A DNA stretch of 56,646 nt from a virus (taxonomy: Duplodnaviria; Caudoviricetes). The notes beneath the pieces were generated by a model. It was given only the letters and a program-made list of their open reading frames with translations, was not told where the DNA came from and made no database searches. Positions 19,700 through 27,397 of this stretch are shown one piece after another. The stretch is from positions 1-56,646 of the IMG/VR virus record IMGVR_UViG_3300042934_000556; one strand, 5' to 3'. Position numbers and translations under genes: made by a program. How positions within the stretch are numbered: the stretch's first letter is position 1; each line of letters begins with the position of its first letter.

Positions 19700-20151
19700 C
19701 GGTTGTTCTCCTGGGCGTTGGTGTAGGTGCGGATACAGTGCTCGGCGATCTCGTCCAATTCGGAGTCAATCATGTCCATGAGCACGTAGTACTTGTTGAC
19801 CGGCAGACGTTCGCCAGTGGTACGAACGAAGATGGTCCCGCTCAGCGCAAAGGGTTCGTTCAAAGCCTCAGCGAAAATGAACGGGTCACCCTCGATCGGG
19901 AAATAACCCTCGTGTTGGAAGACCACGTGTGGGGTTCGACGACCCGAATCCACGATGTTGAAGAGCTGAAGGCGGTGGATGATCCTCATGATGGTCGTCT
20001 TACCGCTGCCTCCTCGACCGCAAATGATTACGATCTTGGGTTCCCCGCCAGTGAGCATCGCACCGACGATGATCTCCAGCTTCCTCCGGTCTTCGGGCTC
20101 GAGCAGACGGTCCATCAGCTCATTGTAGGCCTTGGGAATATGGCCGTTCAT
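19696..20151 (-). CDS. Small P-loop protein, truncated paralogue of the SF3 helicase domain
   Basis: Walker A GRGGSGKTT; both ends align by eye to the 1337-aa protein. Confidence 0.7.
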   Translation of the reverse strand: MNGHIPKAYNELMDRLLEPEDRRKLEIIVGAMLTGGEPKIVIICGRGGSGKTTIMRIIHRLQLFNIVDSGRRTPHVVFQHEGYFPIEGDPFIFAEALNEPFALSGTIFVRTTGERLPVNKYYVLMDMIDSELDEIAEHCIRTYTNAQENNR

Positions 20152-20384
20152 CGTCGGTACCTCCTGTAGGGTCCGGGCTCGCTGTTCGTCTCGCCGTAGA
20201 TCTTCTCGTCGACGAAGGACAGCACGCTCTCGACGCGCCGAGCGACGAACTTGGCGACCATGTCGCTGCTCTTGTCGCCTACCTTCTGACGGATCGACTT
20301 CGGTACTACCCTTGCGGTGGTTCTGACGATGGTGCGACCGAACAACGTTCCCACCACGACACCGGCGGCGAATCGCATTCCCAT
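20148..20384 (-). CDS. Small membrane-associated hypothetical protein
   Basis: MGMRFAAGVVVGTLFG; GAGGAGGGG RBS. Confidence 0.6.
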   Translation of the reverse strand: MGMRFAAGVVVGTLFGRTIVRTTARVVPKSIRQKVGDKSSDMVAKFVARRVESVLSFVDEKIYGETNSEPGPYRRYRR

Positions 20385-20776
20385 TGGAGTTTCCCCTCCT
20401 CTTTCAACTTGCGTATTCGGTACGTCAGGGGGTCGTCGGATCGGTCGACGTTGAAATATAGAGGCTTGAAGTCGACTTTGCCGCGCGTCCAGTCCCGGCC
20501 CTCGGCGAATCCATGCGCCCATACACCGAAGTCGATGTACCCGTCGCCTTCATCCGAGTCTCGAATCCACCCGATCATCTCGCCCCATCGGTCTTTCTCG
20601 AAACCGAGGAGCGTCAGTACCTCGTTCAGCGAAACGTGACCACGGGTTCGGAGAATATGATTCGCCTTCTCCTGCGCGTCCTGTACGAACACCGCGTTCA
20701 ACCAGCGGTCCCTGCTGTTCCAGTTCGGATTGGTCCTGTCGAAAACTCTTTTGTGCCGAGAGGCACGGGACTTCAT
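20306..20776 (-). CDS. DUF6353-like C-terminal-domain paralogue
   Basis: LNEVLTLLGF...GW...GDGYIDFGVW...FNVD, similar to 18773-19699. Confidence 0.7.
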   Translation of the reverse strand: MKSRASRHKRVFDRTNPNWNSRDRWLNAVFVQDAQEKANHILRTRGHVSLNEVLTLLGFEKDRWGEMIGWIRDSDEGDGYIDFGVWAHGFAEGRDWTRGKVDFKPLYFNVDRSDDPLTYRIRKLKEEGKLQWECDSPPVSWWERCSVAPSSEPPQG

Positions 20777-20919
20777 CAGATCTTCCCCTGCCGTTTGAGT
20801 CTGAAGAATATGGCCACGACCTGGCCCTCGGGCATCTTGTTCACCTTCGAGGGCCAGGTCTTGCTGTGGGGGTAGGCCTGCTTGATCAGCTCCCTCTTCT
20901 GAAATATGTCACTGGACAT
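20776..20919 (-). CDS. 47-aa hypothetical protein (not in ORF track)
   Basis: MSSDIFQKRELIKQAYPHSKTWPSKVNKMPEGQVVAIFFRLKRQGKI; coupled to the next gene. Confidence 0.65.
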   Translation of the reverse strand: MSSDIFQKRELIKQAYPHSKTWPSKVNKMPEGQVVAIFFRLKRQGKI

Positions 20920-20932
20920 GGCCGTGGGGTGC

Positions 20933-21640
20933 CTAGCGTCCGGTGTCGATCGGCTCGGGCTCCGGGAAGGTGATCCCGTAACCGCCGTCGGACAGAGGCA
21001 CCGGGCGAGCGCGGTTGAGGTTGTACCAACCCCACTCCTCGTCGGTGCTCTTGGGGACCACCCCGGGGATGAGGTTGTAGTAGTCGCCGACGGTCGCGTG
21101 CCGGTACTTCTCGATCAGCCCCTCGAGGGAGAGGAGGATGTTGACGGCGTCCTGCCGGGACTCGAACGCGAACTGCTGAACGGAGTTCGACCGGCGAACG
21201 ACCTTCGGCTGATAGCTCCCGTTCTGAGAAACCGGGACGACGTTGTTCATCGTCCGGATGACCGGAGCGTTGGACGAGAAGCGGTTGTAGGGGACGTGGT
21301 TGCCCCCCATGGGCGGACTGGTGATACTGGGGCGCTCGCCGTGGTTCAACTTCTCCTCGAGCGCCTGCTGGAAGCCGGTCGTCACCTGACCGAACGCCGC
21401 GACGATCATCCCCCGGATCGTGGGCATCAGCATGTCCTTGACGAACCAGTCGCGGAGGTTCTCACCCTCGTCGACGAACATCTCGCGCATCTGACGTCCG
21501 ATGGACTTCTTGCGGGGCGTGACCTTGCCCTTGACGTCGACCGGTTCTATCTTCTTGGGTGCCTCGGAGTTTTCCGTGGTACCCGAGTCCTCCTTGGAGG
21601 CCTTGATGTGTGACAAGTGGCTGTTACCAGGGAAATCCAT
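20933..21640 (-). CDS. Hypothetical protein
   Basis: 235 aa; FPGNS...FESRQDA...TVGDYY...WGW. Confidence 0.8.
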   Translation of the reverse strand: MDFPGNSHLSHIKASKEDSGTTENSEAPKKIEPVDVKGKVTPRKKSIGRQMREMFVDEGENLRDWFVKDMLMPTIRGMIVAAFGQVTTGFQQALEEKLNHGERPSITSPPMGGNHVPYNRFSSNAPVIRTMNNVVPVSQNGSYQPKVVRRSNSVQQFAFESRQDAVNILLSLEGLIEKYRHATVGDYYNLIPGVVPKSTDEEWGWYNLNRARPVPLSDGGYGITFPEPEPIDTGR

Positions 21641-21654
21641 GGCTACCTTTCGAA

Positions 21655-21690
21655 AAACCCAAACCCCTTGCGGGGTTGGGAAATGAGTGT
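21655..21690 (-). repeat. Cassette 3' hairpin repeat (copy a)
   Basis: aaacccaaaccccttgcggggttggg. Confidence 0.8.
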
Positions 21691-21842
21691 TACGCGGTCA
21701 GTTCCTTCTTGGGCTCTTCGTCAGGGCCAAAGTACTCGTCAGCCTGCTTGTTTATCACCTTTTCGATCTTCCCGAGAAGAACGGCGGCGAGTCCAGCAGC
21801 GAGGAATTTGACGATATCCTTCTTATTCTGGGGCTTGAGCAT
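21690..21842 (-). CDS. Cassette gene: 50-aa membrane peptide
   Basis: Lies between promoter and hairpin repeats; hydrophobic FLAAGLAAVLLG. Confidence 0.7.
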   Translation of the reverse strand: MLKPQNKKDIVKFLAAGLAAVLLGKIEKVINKQADEYFGPDEEPKKELTA

Positions 21843-21861
21843 GAGAGGGCGTCCAATCGTT

Positions 21862-21895
21862 AGGGGTCTCATTATAGGCCTTGTGAAATATGCGA
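21862..21895 (-). promoter_or_regulatory. Cassette promoter repeat
   Basis: TCGCATATTTCACAAGGCCTATAATGAGACCCCT. Confidence 0.8.
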
Positions 21896-21908
21896 GGAGC
21901 CTAGGGTG

Positions 21909-22049
21909 TCACTTTCTCGGTCCCGTGTTGAAGATTCGACATACGTGGAGTGAGACCTCCCACCGCGAACAACGCTTCTTTCTTGCGCACTCTTCGTGGG
22001 TCTTCTTGCATCGCGGGCAGCAATTCGACGGAATGGATTCCTTCTGCAT
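21909..22049 (-). CDS. 46-aa Cys-rich peptide (not in ORF track)
   Basis: MQKESIPSNCCPRCKKTHEECARKKRCSRWEVSLHVCRIFNTGPRK; GGAG RBS. Confidence 0.45.
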   Translation of the reverse strand: MQKESIPSNCCPRCKKTHEECARKKRCSRWEVSLHVCRIFNTGPRK

Positions 22050-22089
22050 TATGTCGCTCCGATACCGAGTACGAATATGGCGCGATGAG

Positions 22090-22207
22090 CGGGGCGCATG
22101 TTCCTCACGTTGGGGGAGTCATGAGCTACGGCTGTCGTTTGGTCGACCAGCATCCGGAATATGGTTTCGGGAGACCCCTCCCACCGTCGCCATTGCTGGT
22201 CGCCCCG
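22090..22207 (-). ncRNA. Candidate structured RNA
   Basis: Intergenic; nested stems CGGGGCG/CGCCCCG, CGACCAGCA/TGCTGGTCG, ATGG/CCAT, GGGAG/CTCCC. Confidence 0.4.
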
Positions 22208-22222
22208 TTCATCATTGTTGCG

Positions 22223-22747
22223 TCAGGCCGCGTTGCCCGTCTTTCGCTTCATGGCGATCATGGTGTGATGCTTCGACCACTGCATCGGGTTCTTGCCTGC
22301 GACCTTCATGAAGTCCTCGTCGGACATGGCGAGGAGCTCGTCGTCGTTGTACTGACGCTCCTGGGTTTCGCTCTCGGCGATCTTCTTCTGGATGTCGGCG
22401 GGCATGATCGAGATGAAGAACGAGAACCCGGCGTCGGGCATCTCGACCAAATCGGCGAAGAACGCCTCGTAGGCACCACACCCCTTAAAGCGTCGTATGA
22501 CACCCGCGTCCTTGATGATGAGGTCGTCCTCGCGGATGCCGACCGAGCGGAACAGCATCTCCTGCCAGAGGTCCAGCATCCGACGGCTGTCCTCGTTCTC
22601 GACGATCTCCTTGAGGTACGTGCCGGGGTCCTTCATGTGGGCCAGTTCCATCTCGGCCATGTCGGTCTTGCCGAGGGAGAAGTACCACTCGGACTGGACG
22701 TCGGTTCCGTCGGGGGTCTGGTGGCTGATGATCTTGCGGACGGGCAT
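22223..22747 (-). CDS. Hypothetical phage protein
   Basis: MPVRKIISHQTPDG...WYFSLGKTDMAEMEL. Confidence 0.75.
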   Translation of the reverse strand: MPVRKIISHQTPDGTDVQSEWYFSLGKTDMAEMELAHMKDPGTYLKEIVENEDSRRMLDLWQEMLFRSVGIREDDLIIKDAGVIRRFKGCGAYEAFFADLVEMPDAGFSFFISIMPADIQKKIAESETQERQYNDDELLAMSDEDFMKVAGKNPMQWSKHHTMIAMKRKTGNAA

Positions 22748-22839
22748 TGCTTTCTCGTTTCTCTTCGATTTAACAAGCGGAAGGGGCGGCACGCAGAATA
22801 TGACTTCCACGTACCGCCCCGACCTTCAACGGGTGTTGA

Positions 22840-23214
22840 TCAGGCGTTCTCGGCGAGCACCTGCTCGTTCTCGCCGGTGATGACCTGGAGGTCGACCTCG
22901 TCCTCGCTGAGGGTCTCCTCGTCGGCCTGCTTCGCGGCGAACTTGGCGAAGGCCACGGCGGCCAGGGCCACGGAGACGGCGACTCCGGCGACGACCTTCT
23001 TGTTCTCCTTGAGCTTCTCGGTCACGGAGACCAGGCGCTCCTTGAAGGACTTCTTGCCGCCCTCGATGACCTCCAGCTCCGGGGCCTCGGTGGTCTCCTC
23101 GATGACCTCCAGCTCGGAGGCCTTCTCGCTCTGCGCCGGGACGACCAGGTTCTCCTCGGCGGCCTGGGCGGCGACGGACTCGGCGGTGACCTTGGTGTTC
23201 TTGTTGTTCGACAT
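22840..23214 (-). CDS. Membrane protein with duplicated ELEVIE
   Basis: AAGGAG RBS; hydrophobic VVAGVAVSVALAAVAFA. Confidence 0.75.
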   Translation of the reverse strand: MSNNKNTKVTAESVAAQAAEENLVVPAQSEKASELEVIEETTEAPELEVIEGGKKSFKERLVSVTEKLKENKKVVAGVAVSVALAAVAFAKFAAKQADEETLSEDEVDLQVITGENEQVLAENA

Positions 23215-23315
23215 GCTCTTGGGCTCCTTCAGTTTCCGAAAATATCGTTCGGGTGGCTTGTGTGGTACTCGTACGCGGCGATCCAATATGGATTACCGCG
23301 AGGGCCCCAATCTCT

Positions 23316-24095
23316 TCAATAGAGCTGGGCGTACCTGTGATTCGGTCGGTTGACGAAGTCGATGGCGAGACACGGGACGTTGTTCTTCGTGAGCGCCGAC
23401 GTGTAGTTGAGTTCGAGCTTGTCGTTGGAGTCCCAGCCGAGGTCGTCGGAGGCGCCGATGGGCGTCAGACCCAGAAGGTGGTAGAACTCCGTCAACGACA
23501 GGTGTGTGCTGTTGATCAGCTCGTGGTTGAAGTCGTTCACGGCCTTACGAATCGTCTCCATGTCACTGACGAAATATCGATCCGACCACTTGTCCCAACA
23601 TAGGACGCTTCCCTGCTGAGCGGCGAGAGCGAGTACCGTCTGGCCCGGAGGGTTCGCTGTGATGCGGTCCTGGACGATCTCGTCGCGGATCGCCTGCTCC
23701 TTGTTCTTACCGACCTTCTTCAGCGTCTTCTCGCGGTACTCCTTGAAGCTCTTCTCGGCGAACGCGTAGGCCGATGCCATGGCAGCCGCCCGGCGCTCAC
23801 TCACGCGGTTGGCGCAGATGGTCGCCGTGACGGTCATGGCCAGGCAGGTCGCTGCCGGGATGTACAGCTTCCAGGTGAGCTCGGCCTTTCCCTTGAACGT
23901 GTTGAAGTGTTCGGCTTCCTCGGTGGTGGAGATCTCCACTTCCGCTTCTCCGAGAACCTTGGCGGCCTGGAAAGCTGCCTTGGCGGCCAAATATACGGAT
24001 GTGACAGCGCCAGAGACGCTTAGTGCGGTCAGAATCGCCGGAGAGTTGTTTGCGGCGACCTTACCTGCACGCTGGAACAGCGCGCTGAAGTCCAT
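23316..24095 (-). CDS. DUF6353-like phage protein
   Basis: NSPAILTAL, KLYIPA, LTEFYHLLGL, LGW motifs. Confidence 0.75.
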   Translation of the reverse strand: MDFSALFQRAGKVAANNSPAILTALSVSGAVTSVYLAAKAAFQAAKVLGEAEVEISTTEEAEHFNTFKGKAELTWKLYIPAATCLAMTVTATICANRVSERRAAAMASAYAFAEKSFKEYREKTLKKVGKNKEQAIRDEIVQDRITANPPGQTVLALAAQQGSVLCWDKWSDRYFVSDMETIRKAVNDFNHELINSTHLSLTEFYHLLGLTPIGASDDLGWDSNDKLELNYTSALTKNNVPCLAIDFVNRPNHRYAQLY

Positions 24096-24186
24096 GATTG
24101 AAGCTCCTGTCGTGTCGCCGTGTTGGCGATTCTGATGCGTGGTTTGGTTCTACTTCTCGTTCTTGGGGAGAGGGGTGATCAGATTC

Positions 24187-24561
24187 TTACGCATTGTCTC
24201 TCTCCTTCTTCGCTTCCTCGAAGCGCTCGTTCGCCTCGTCGGAGAACTCGTTCGAACCCGTGTTGTACTGGGCGTAGACGTCATCGTCACTGATGCGAAC
24301 GTGGCGGTAGAGCATCGACTCACCAGCCTCGAGTTCCTCCATCGTCGATGGGGGAACCGGAATTGTCGACCAGCCGTCGCCGTAGTGGTCTGCCTCGAAC
24401 TTTTCGAGTTCGTTCTTATACTTCACCGCGAGAGACGTGGCGACGACCGTCCCGACGACTCCGGCGATGGTCGGAATATGGCGCTTGAGCTGTCGCAGCC
24501 TCATCTTCAGAACCTCGCGCCGGAGCTGGTTCTTCGTCTTACCCGTCACTTCACCGAACAC
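24187..24561 (-). CDS. Membrane-anchored hypothetical protein
   Basis: IPTIAGVVGTVVATSLAV hydrophobic segment. Confidence 0.7.
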   Translation of the reverse strand: MFGEVTGKTKNQLRREVLKMRLRQLKRHIPTIAGVVGTVVATSLAVKYKNELEKFEADHYGDGWSTIPVPPSTMEELEAGESMLYRHVRISDDDVYAQYNTGSNEFSDEANERFEEAKKERDNA

Positions 24562-24586
24562 AGGGGGCAGCCCTTCTGAATATGGC

Positions 24587-24636
24587 GAAACCCAAACCCC
24601 ATGCGCGGGTGCGCTGAGGCGTGGGTCTTGAGGTCA
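24587..24636 (-). repeat. Cassette 3' hairpin repeat (copy b, with insertion)
   Basis: gaaacccaaaccccatgcgcggg...gggtcttgaggtca. Confidence 0.8.
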
Positions 24637-24828
24637 GTTCTCGTCTTCGGGGGTGTAGAACTCGTTGTAGAGGCCCTTCTCCTTGAGGAACTCGTCGTGC
24701 TGCTTCAGACCGATCTTCAGCAGTACCGCCGCGCCGGTGGCGGCAACGGTGGTGACTGCGAGGATCTTGGTCTTGTTCTCGACGATCTTGTCCTTGGCGG
24801 AGGTAAGGGCCTTCTTGGCGGCGTTCAT
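24634..24828 (-). CDS. Cassette gene: 64-aa membrane peptide
   Basis: MNAAKK...ILAVTTVAATGAAVLL...EDEN. Confidence 0.75.
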   Translation of the reverse strand: MNAAKKALTSAKDKIVENKTKILAVTTVAATGAAVLLKIGLKQHDEFLKEKGLYNEFYTPEDEN

Positions 24829-24853
24829 AACACGTCCAATCTGGTTAGAGGGT

Positions 24854-24887
24854 AGGGGTCTCATTATAGGACGTGTAATTCTTGCGA
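24854..24887 (-). promoter_or_regulatory. Cassette promoter repeat
   Basis: TCGCAAGAATTACACGTCCTATAATGAGACCCCT. Confidence 0.8.
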
Positions 24888-24900
24888 GGGTAGGTTAACC

Positions 24901-25098
24901 CTACGAACGCCTCGACTTTCCGTACGTGCTGCTCTTGATGCGACGGTTGACGTCCTTGGCGTAGGCCCGGCGGCCCTGGTAAGCGCCGATCGCGTTGATC
25001 ACCTTTCCCGCCGCCGCGAGCGCCACGGAAATGACTCCGATGACGGCTACCGGGTTGTTGTTGAACTCTTCCTTGAGCCGCTTCAGACCTTCGTTCAT
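24901..25098 (-). CDS. Small membrane protein
   Basis: NPVAVIGVISVALAAAG. Confidence 0.7.
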   Translation of the reverse strand: MNEGLKRLKEEFNNNPVAVIGVISVALAAAGKVINAIGAYQGRRAYAKDVNRRIKSSTYGKSRRS

Positions 25099-25289
25099 GC
25101 TTCACTCCCCTTGGAATATGACTTGACCGACTTCGCCAGTTGCCGCATGGCGATTCCGGTGGCGACCTTGAGACCCAGTACGACGACCAGGTTGATAACG
25201 ACACGTCGGAACGGAGGGTCCCAGAAGGGCTCGTTCTCGATAACTTCTTCCTCTTTAGGAAGTAGCGTCACCAGCTTTGGTGGTTCCAT
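25095..25289 (-). CDS. 64-aa membrane protein
   Basis: MEPPKL...VVINLVVVLGLKV; coupled at both ends. Confidence 0.6.
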   Translation of the reverse strand: MEPPKLVTLLPKEEEVIENEPFWDPPFRRVVINLVVVLGLKVATGIAMRQLAKSVKSYSKGSEA

Positions 25290-25381
25290 TACTTGTACCA
25301 CCAATCCCAGATCCATCCGGCCAGCTTTCCCGCGCAACACCCGATCGCCAAACAGGATATGATCGTAACTAGAATGTCCAC
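25289..25381 (-). CDS. 30-aa hydrophobic peptide (not in ORF track)
   Basis: AGGAGG RBS, GTG start; MDILVTIISCLAIGCCAGKLAGWIWDWWYK; TAATG overlap. Confidence 0.55.
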   Translation of the reverse strand: MDILVTIISCLAIGCCAGKLAGWIWDWWYK

Positions 25382-25399
25382 TAACTGTCCCTCCTAGGC

Positions 25400-25438
25400 G
25401 AAACCCAAACCCCTTGTGGGGGTTCGGGCTTGAGGTCA
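25400..25438 (-). repeat. Cassette 3' hairpin repeat (copy c)
   Basis: gaaacccaaaccccttgtgggggttcgggcttgaggtca. Confidence 0.85.
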
Positions 25439-25624
25439 GTTCTCGTTGGTGGTCTTCTTGGTCTTCTTGGCCTCCTTCTTCTCCAGGTATTTCGCGTAGG
25501 CGAGGCCGACCGCGAGGAATCCGGCAGTGGTGGCAGCCGACATAGCGGCGCCCACGGCGAATGCCTTGGCGATCTCCTTGCCGAAATTGATGTCCTGGGA
25601 CTCGGTGGAGGTGTTGTTGTCCAT
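25436..25624 (-). CDS. Cassette gene: 62-aa membrane peptide
   Basis: Hydrophobic core, Lys-rich tail ending NEN. Confidence 0.75.
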   Translation of the reverse strand: MDNNTSTESQDINFGKEIAKAFAVGAAMSAATTAGFLAVGLAYAKYLEKKEAKKTKKTTNEN

Positions 25625-25648
25625 GAGAGGTTTCCAATCTAAAGGTTA

Positions 25649-25681
25649 CGGGTCTCATTATAGAGCATGTAATTCTTGCGA
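25649..25681 (-). promoter_or_regulatory. Cassette promoter repeat
   Basis: TCGCAAGAATTACATGCTCTATAATGAGACCCG. Confidence 0.8.
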
Positions 25682-25720
25682 GTTTTGCCCAAAATACCCG
25701 CTCGGGAAATTTTGGAAAAC

Positions 25721-25760
25721 GAAACCCAAACCCCTTGTGGGGGTTCAGGCTTTGAGGTCA
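25721..25760 (-). repeat. Cassette 3' hairpin repeat (copy d)
   Basis: gaaacccaaaccccttgtgggggttcaggctttgaggtca. Confidence 0.85.
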
Positions 25761-26048
25761 GTTCTCGATGTTGGTGTTGTTCATGATGGAAAGGTAGTAG
25801 ACGTCGTCCATCTCGCTCTGCTGGACGATCAGGTCCTCGCGCTCCAGGAGCGCCTTCTTGTCGTCGCCGGTCACCTCCGGAAGGGGCTCGAACTCGACCT
25901 CCACCTCGGGCGCCTGGGCGGCGTTCTTGATGGAGTTGAGCACGAGCACCGTGGAGGCGGCGGCTGCGGTGAAGGCGATCACGCTGGGGGCGTAGGTCTT
26001 GATCTTCTGCTTGAGGGTGGCGAACTTCTCGTTCTTCTTCTCGTTCAT
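25758..26048 (-). CDS. Cassette gene: 96-aa membrane-anchored protein
   Basis: Basic N-terminus, hydrophobic helix, ends IEN. Confidence 0.75.
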   Translation of the reverse strand: MNEKKNEKFATLKQKIKTYAPSVIAFTAAAASTVLVLNSIKNAAQAPEVEVEFEPLPEVTGDDKKALLEREDLIVQQSEMDDVYYLSIMNNTNIEN

Positions 26049-26067
26049 GGTAAGTCCAATCTAGAGT

Positions 26068-26101
26068 AGGGGTCTCATTATAGGGCATGTAATTCTTGCG
26101 A
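26068..26101 (-). promoter_or_regulatory. Cassette promoter repeat
   Basis: TCGCAAGAATTACATGCCCTATAATGAGACCCCT. Confidence 0.8.
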
Positions 26102-26110
26102 GGACATGTC

Positions 26111-26147
26111 GAAACCCAAACCCCTTGTGGGGTCGGGTCTGAGGTCA
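26111..26147 (-). repeat. Cassette 3' hairpin repeat (copy e)
   Basis: gaaacccaaaccccttgtggggtcgggtctgaggtca. Confidence 0.85.
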
Positions 26148-26390
26148 ATCTTGGTCGGCGCTCTTGGTTTTCTTGACGGCGATCTGACTCACGGTGTCGA
26201 TGGCCTTGACGGCGGCGTAGACTCCGATCGCGGCGAGAGTGACATGCTTCACCAACGTCTTTCCGTGGTCGGCGATGGCCTTGACGGTTTCGGGGTGAAG
26301 AATATGGGTCTCTTCGGGAGCGGAGTCGTCAGCCTTCTTGTTCTTGGGCTTGTCGACGAACGTGAGCTGAACGGCCTTCTTCTTGAACAT
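26145..26390 (-). CDS. Cassette gene: 81-aa protein
   Basis: MFKKKAV...VTLAAIGVYAAV. Confidence 0.75.
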   Translation of the reverse strand: MFKKKAVQLTFVDKPKNKKADDSAPEETHILHPETVKAIADHGKTLVKHVTLAAIGVYAAVKAIDTVSQIAVKKTKSADQD

Positions 26391-26407
26391 AGCGGGGTCC
26401 AATCGGT

Positions 26408-26441
26408 AGGGGTCTCATTATAGGCCGTGTAATATGTGCGA
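26408..26441 (-). promoter_or_regulatory. Cassette promoter repeat
   Basis: TCGCACATATTACACGGCCTATAATGAGACCCCT. Confidence 0.8.
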
Positions 26442-26448
26442 AGGCCTG

Positions 26449-26679
26449 TCAGAACAGCTCGTCGTCGACGATCTGCTTCCAGAAAATGACCGACTCTACC
26501 CGACGTTTCGGGTCGTCCTCGTACATCCGCATCTGATCTTCGAATGCCTTGTGGTACGTACGGATGCGAGCGTTCTTGTCGAAGCTTCGCTGGTACCTCC
26601 GCTGAGCAAGAACTGTCCCTATTGCCGATGACGCTACGGCTCCAACCACAACGAGTGCGAAGAAGAGCTTTCCGTTCAT
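26449..26679 (-). CDS. 76-aa membrane-anchored protein lying between cassettes
   Basis: GGGGAGGG RBS; LFFALVVVGAVASSAIG. Confidence 0.7.
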   Translation of the reverse strand: MNGKLFFALVVVGAVASSAIGTVLAQRRYQRSFDKNARIRTYHKAFEDQMRMYEDDPKRRVESVIFWKQIVDDELF

Positions 26680-26714
26680 GGTTCCCTCCCCGAAATATGA
26701 TGACCCCTGGCGGC

Positions 26715-26753
26715 GAAACCCAAACCCCATGTAGGGGTCCGGGCTTGAGATTA
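26715..26753 (-). repeat. Cassette 3' hairpin repeat (copy f)
   Basis: gaaacccaaaccccatgtaggggtccgggcttgagatta. Confidence 0.85.
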
Positions 26754-26969
26754 GTTCTCGATCTTGTCCAATGTCAGCTTAAGCTTGAAGCCTTCGCGCT
26801 TCACATTGAAGTGGTAGAGGCCGTCTTCAACGCTTTCGTTAATCCCACCCTGATTCTGCAGTACGCTATAAAGCCACTGGTTGCGAGGGGTGAGGTTTCC
26901 GATAGCGTCCCAACGACCGTTACCAACGATAATGGTGAGGGGCGTGAGGTCCTTCTTCTTGCGGAACAT
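26751..26969 (-). CDS. Cassette gene: 72-aa protein
   Basis: Lies between repeats; ends KIEN. Confidence 0.7.
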   Translation of the reverse strand: MFRKKKDLTPLTIIVGNGRWDAIGNLTPRNQWLYSVLQNQGGINESVEDGLYHFNVKREGFKLKLTLDKIEN

Positions 26970-26984
26970 AGTGATCCAATCGGT

Positions 26985-27018
26985 AGGGGTCTCACTATAG
27001 GACGTGTAATCCTTGCGA
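26985..27018 (-). promoter_or_regulatory. Cassette promoter repeat
   Basis: TCGCAAGGATTACACGTCCTATAGTGAGACCCCT. Confidence 0.8.
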
Positions 27019-27057
27019 GACCTCTAGAGAATCACTCTCATTTTGACCCCGAGCGGC

Positions 27058-27095
27058 GAAACCCAAACCCCATGCGGGGTAGGGTCTTGAGCTCA
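27058..27095 (-). repeat. Cassette 3' hairpin repeat (copy g)
   Basis: gaaacccaaaccccatgcggggtagggtcttgagctca. Confidence 0.85.
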
Positions 27096-27293
27096 CTCGT
27101 CAAACGTACCGTTGTCGACGAAGTAGTCCACGGCCACTGCGATCATCTCTTCGACACTCGTCACCTGTCCGGCCTTGAGCTTTTCGCTGAGGTGGGCGAT
27201 GTAGCCATTCACCATAGCGAACTGCTCGAGGTCTAGGTAACGGAGTCCGATGAGCTGAATCGAAGTGATCTCGAGGATCTGCTTGTGCAGCAT
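27093..27293 (-). CDS. Cassette gene: 66-aa protein
   Basis: MLHKQILE... after GGAAGG RBS. Confidence 0.7.
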   Translation of the reverse strand: MLHKQILEITSIQLIGLRYLDLEQFAMVNGYIAHLSEKLKAGQVTSVEEMIAVAVDYFVDNGTFDE

Positions 27294-27310
27294 TGGTAAG
27301 CCTTCCGTTA

Positions 27311-27343
27311 AGGGTCTCATTATAGGCCTTGTAAAGCTTGCGA
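27311..27343 (-). promoter_or_regulatory. Cassette promoter repeat
   Basis: TCGCAAGCTTTACAAGGCCTATAATGAGACCCT. Confidence 0.8.
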
Positions 27344-27358
27344 GACCCCTAACGGAGT

Positions 27359-27397
27359 AAACCCAAACCCCTTGCGGGGGTCTGGACTTTGAGGTCA
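27359..27397 (-). repeat. Cassette 3' hairpin repeat (copy h)
   Basis: aaacccaaaccccttgcgggggtctggactttgaggtca. Confidence 0.85.

Noticed and set aside
22090-22220. Hammerhead ribozyme or tRNA
   Set aside because: No CUGAUGA core in the right context and no cloverleaf with a T-loop
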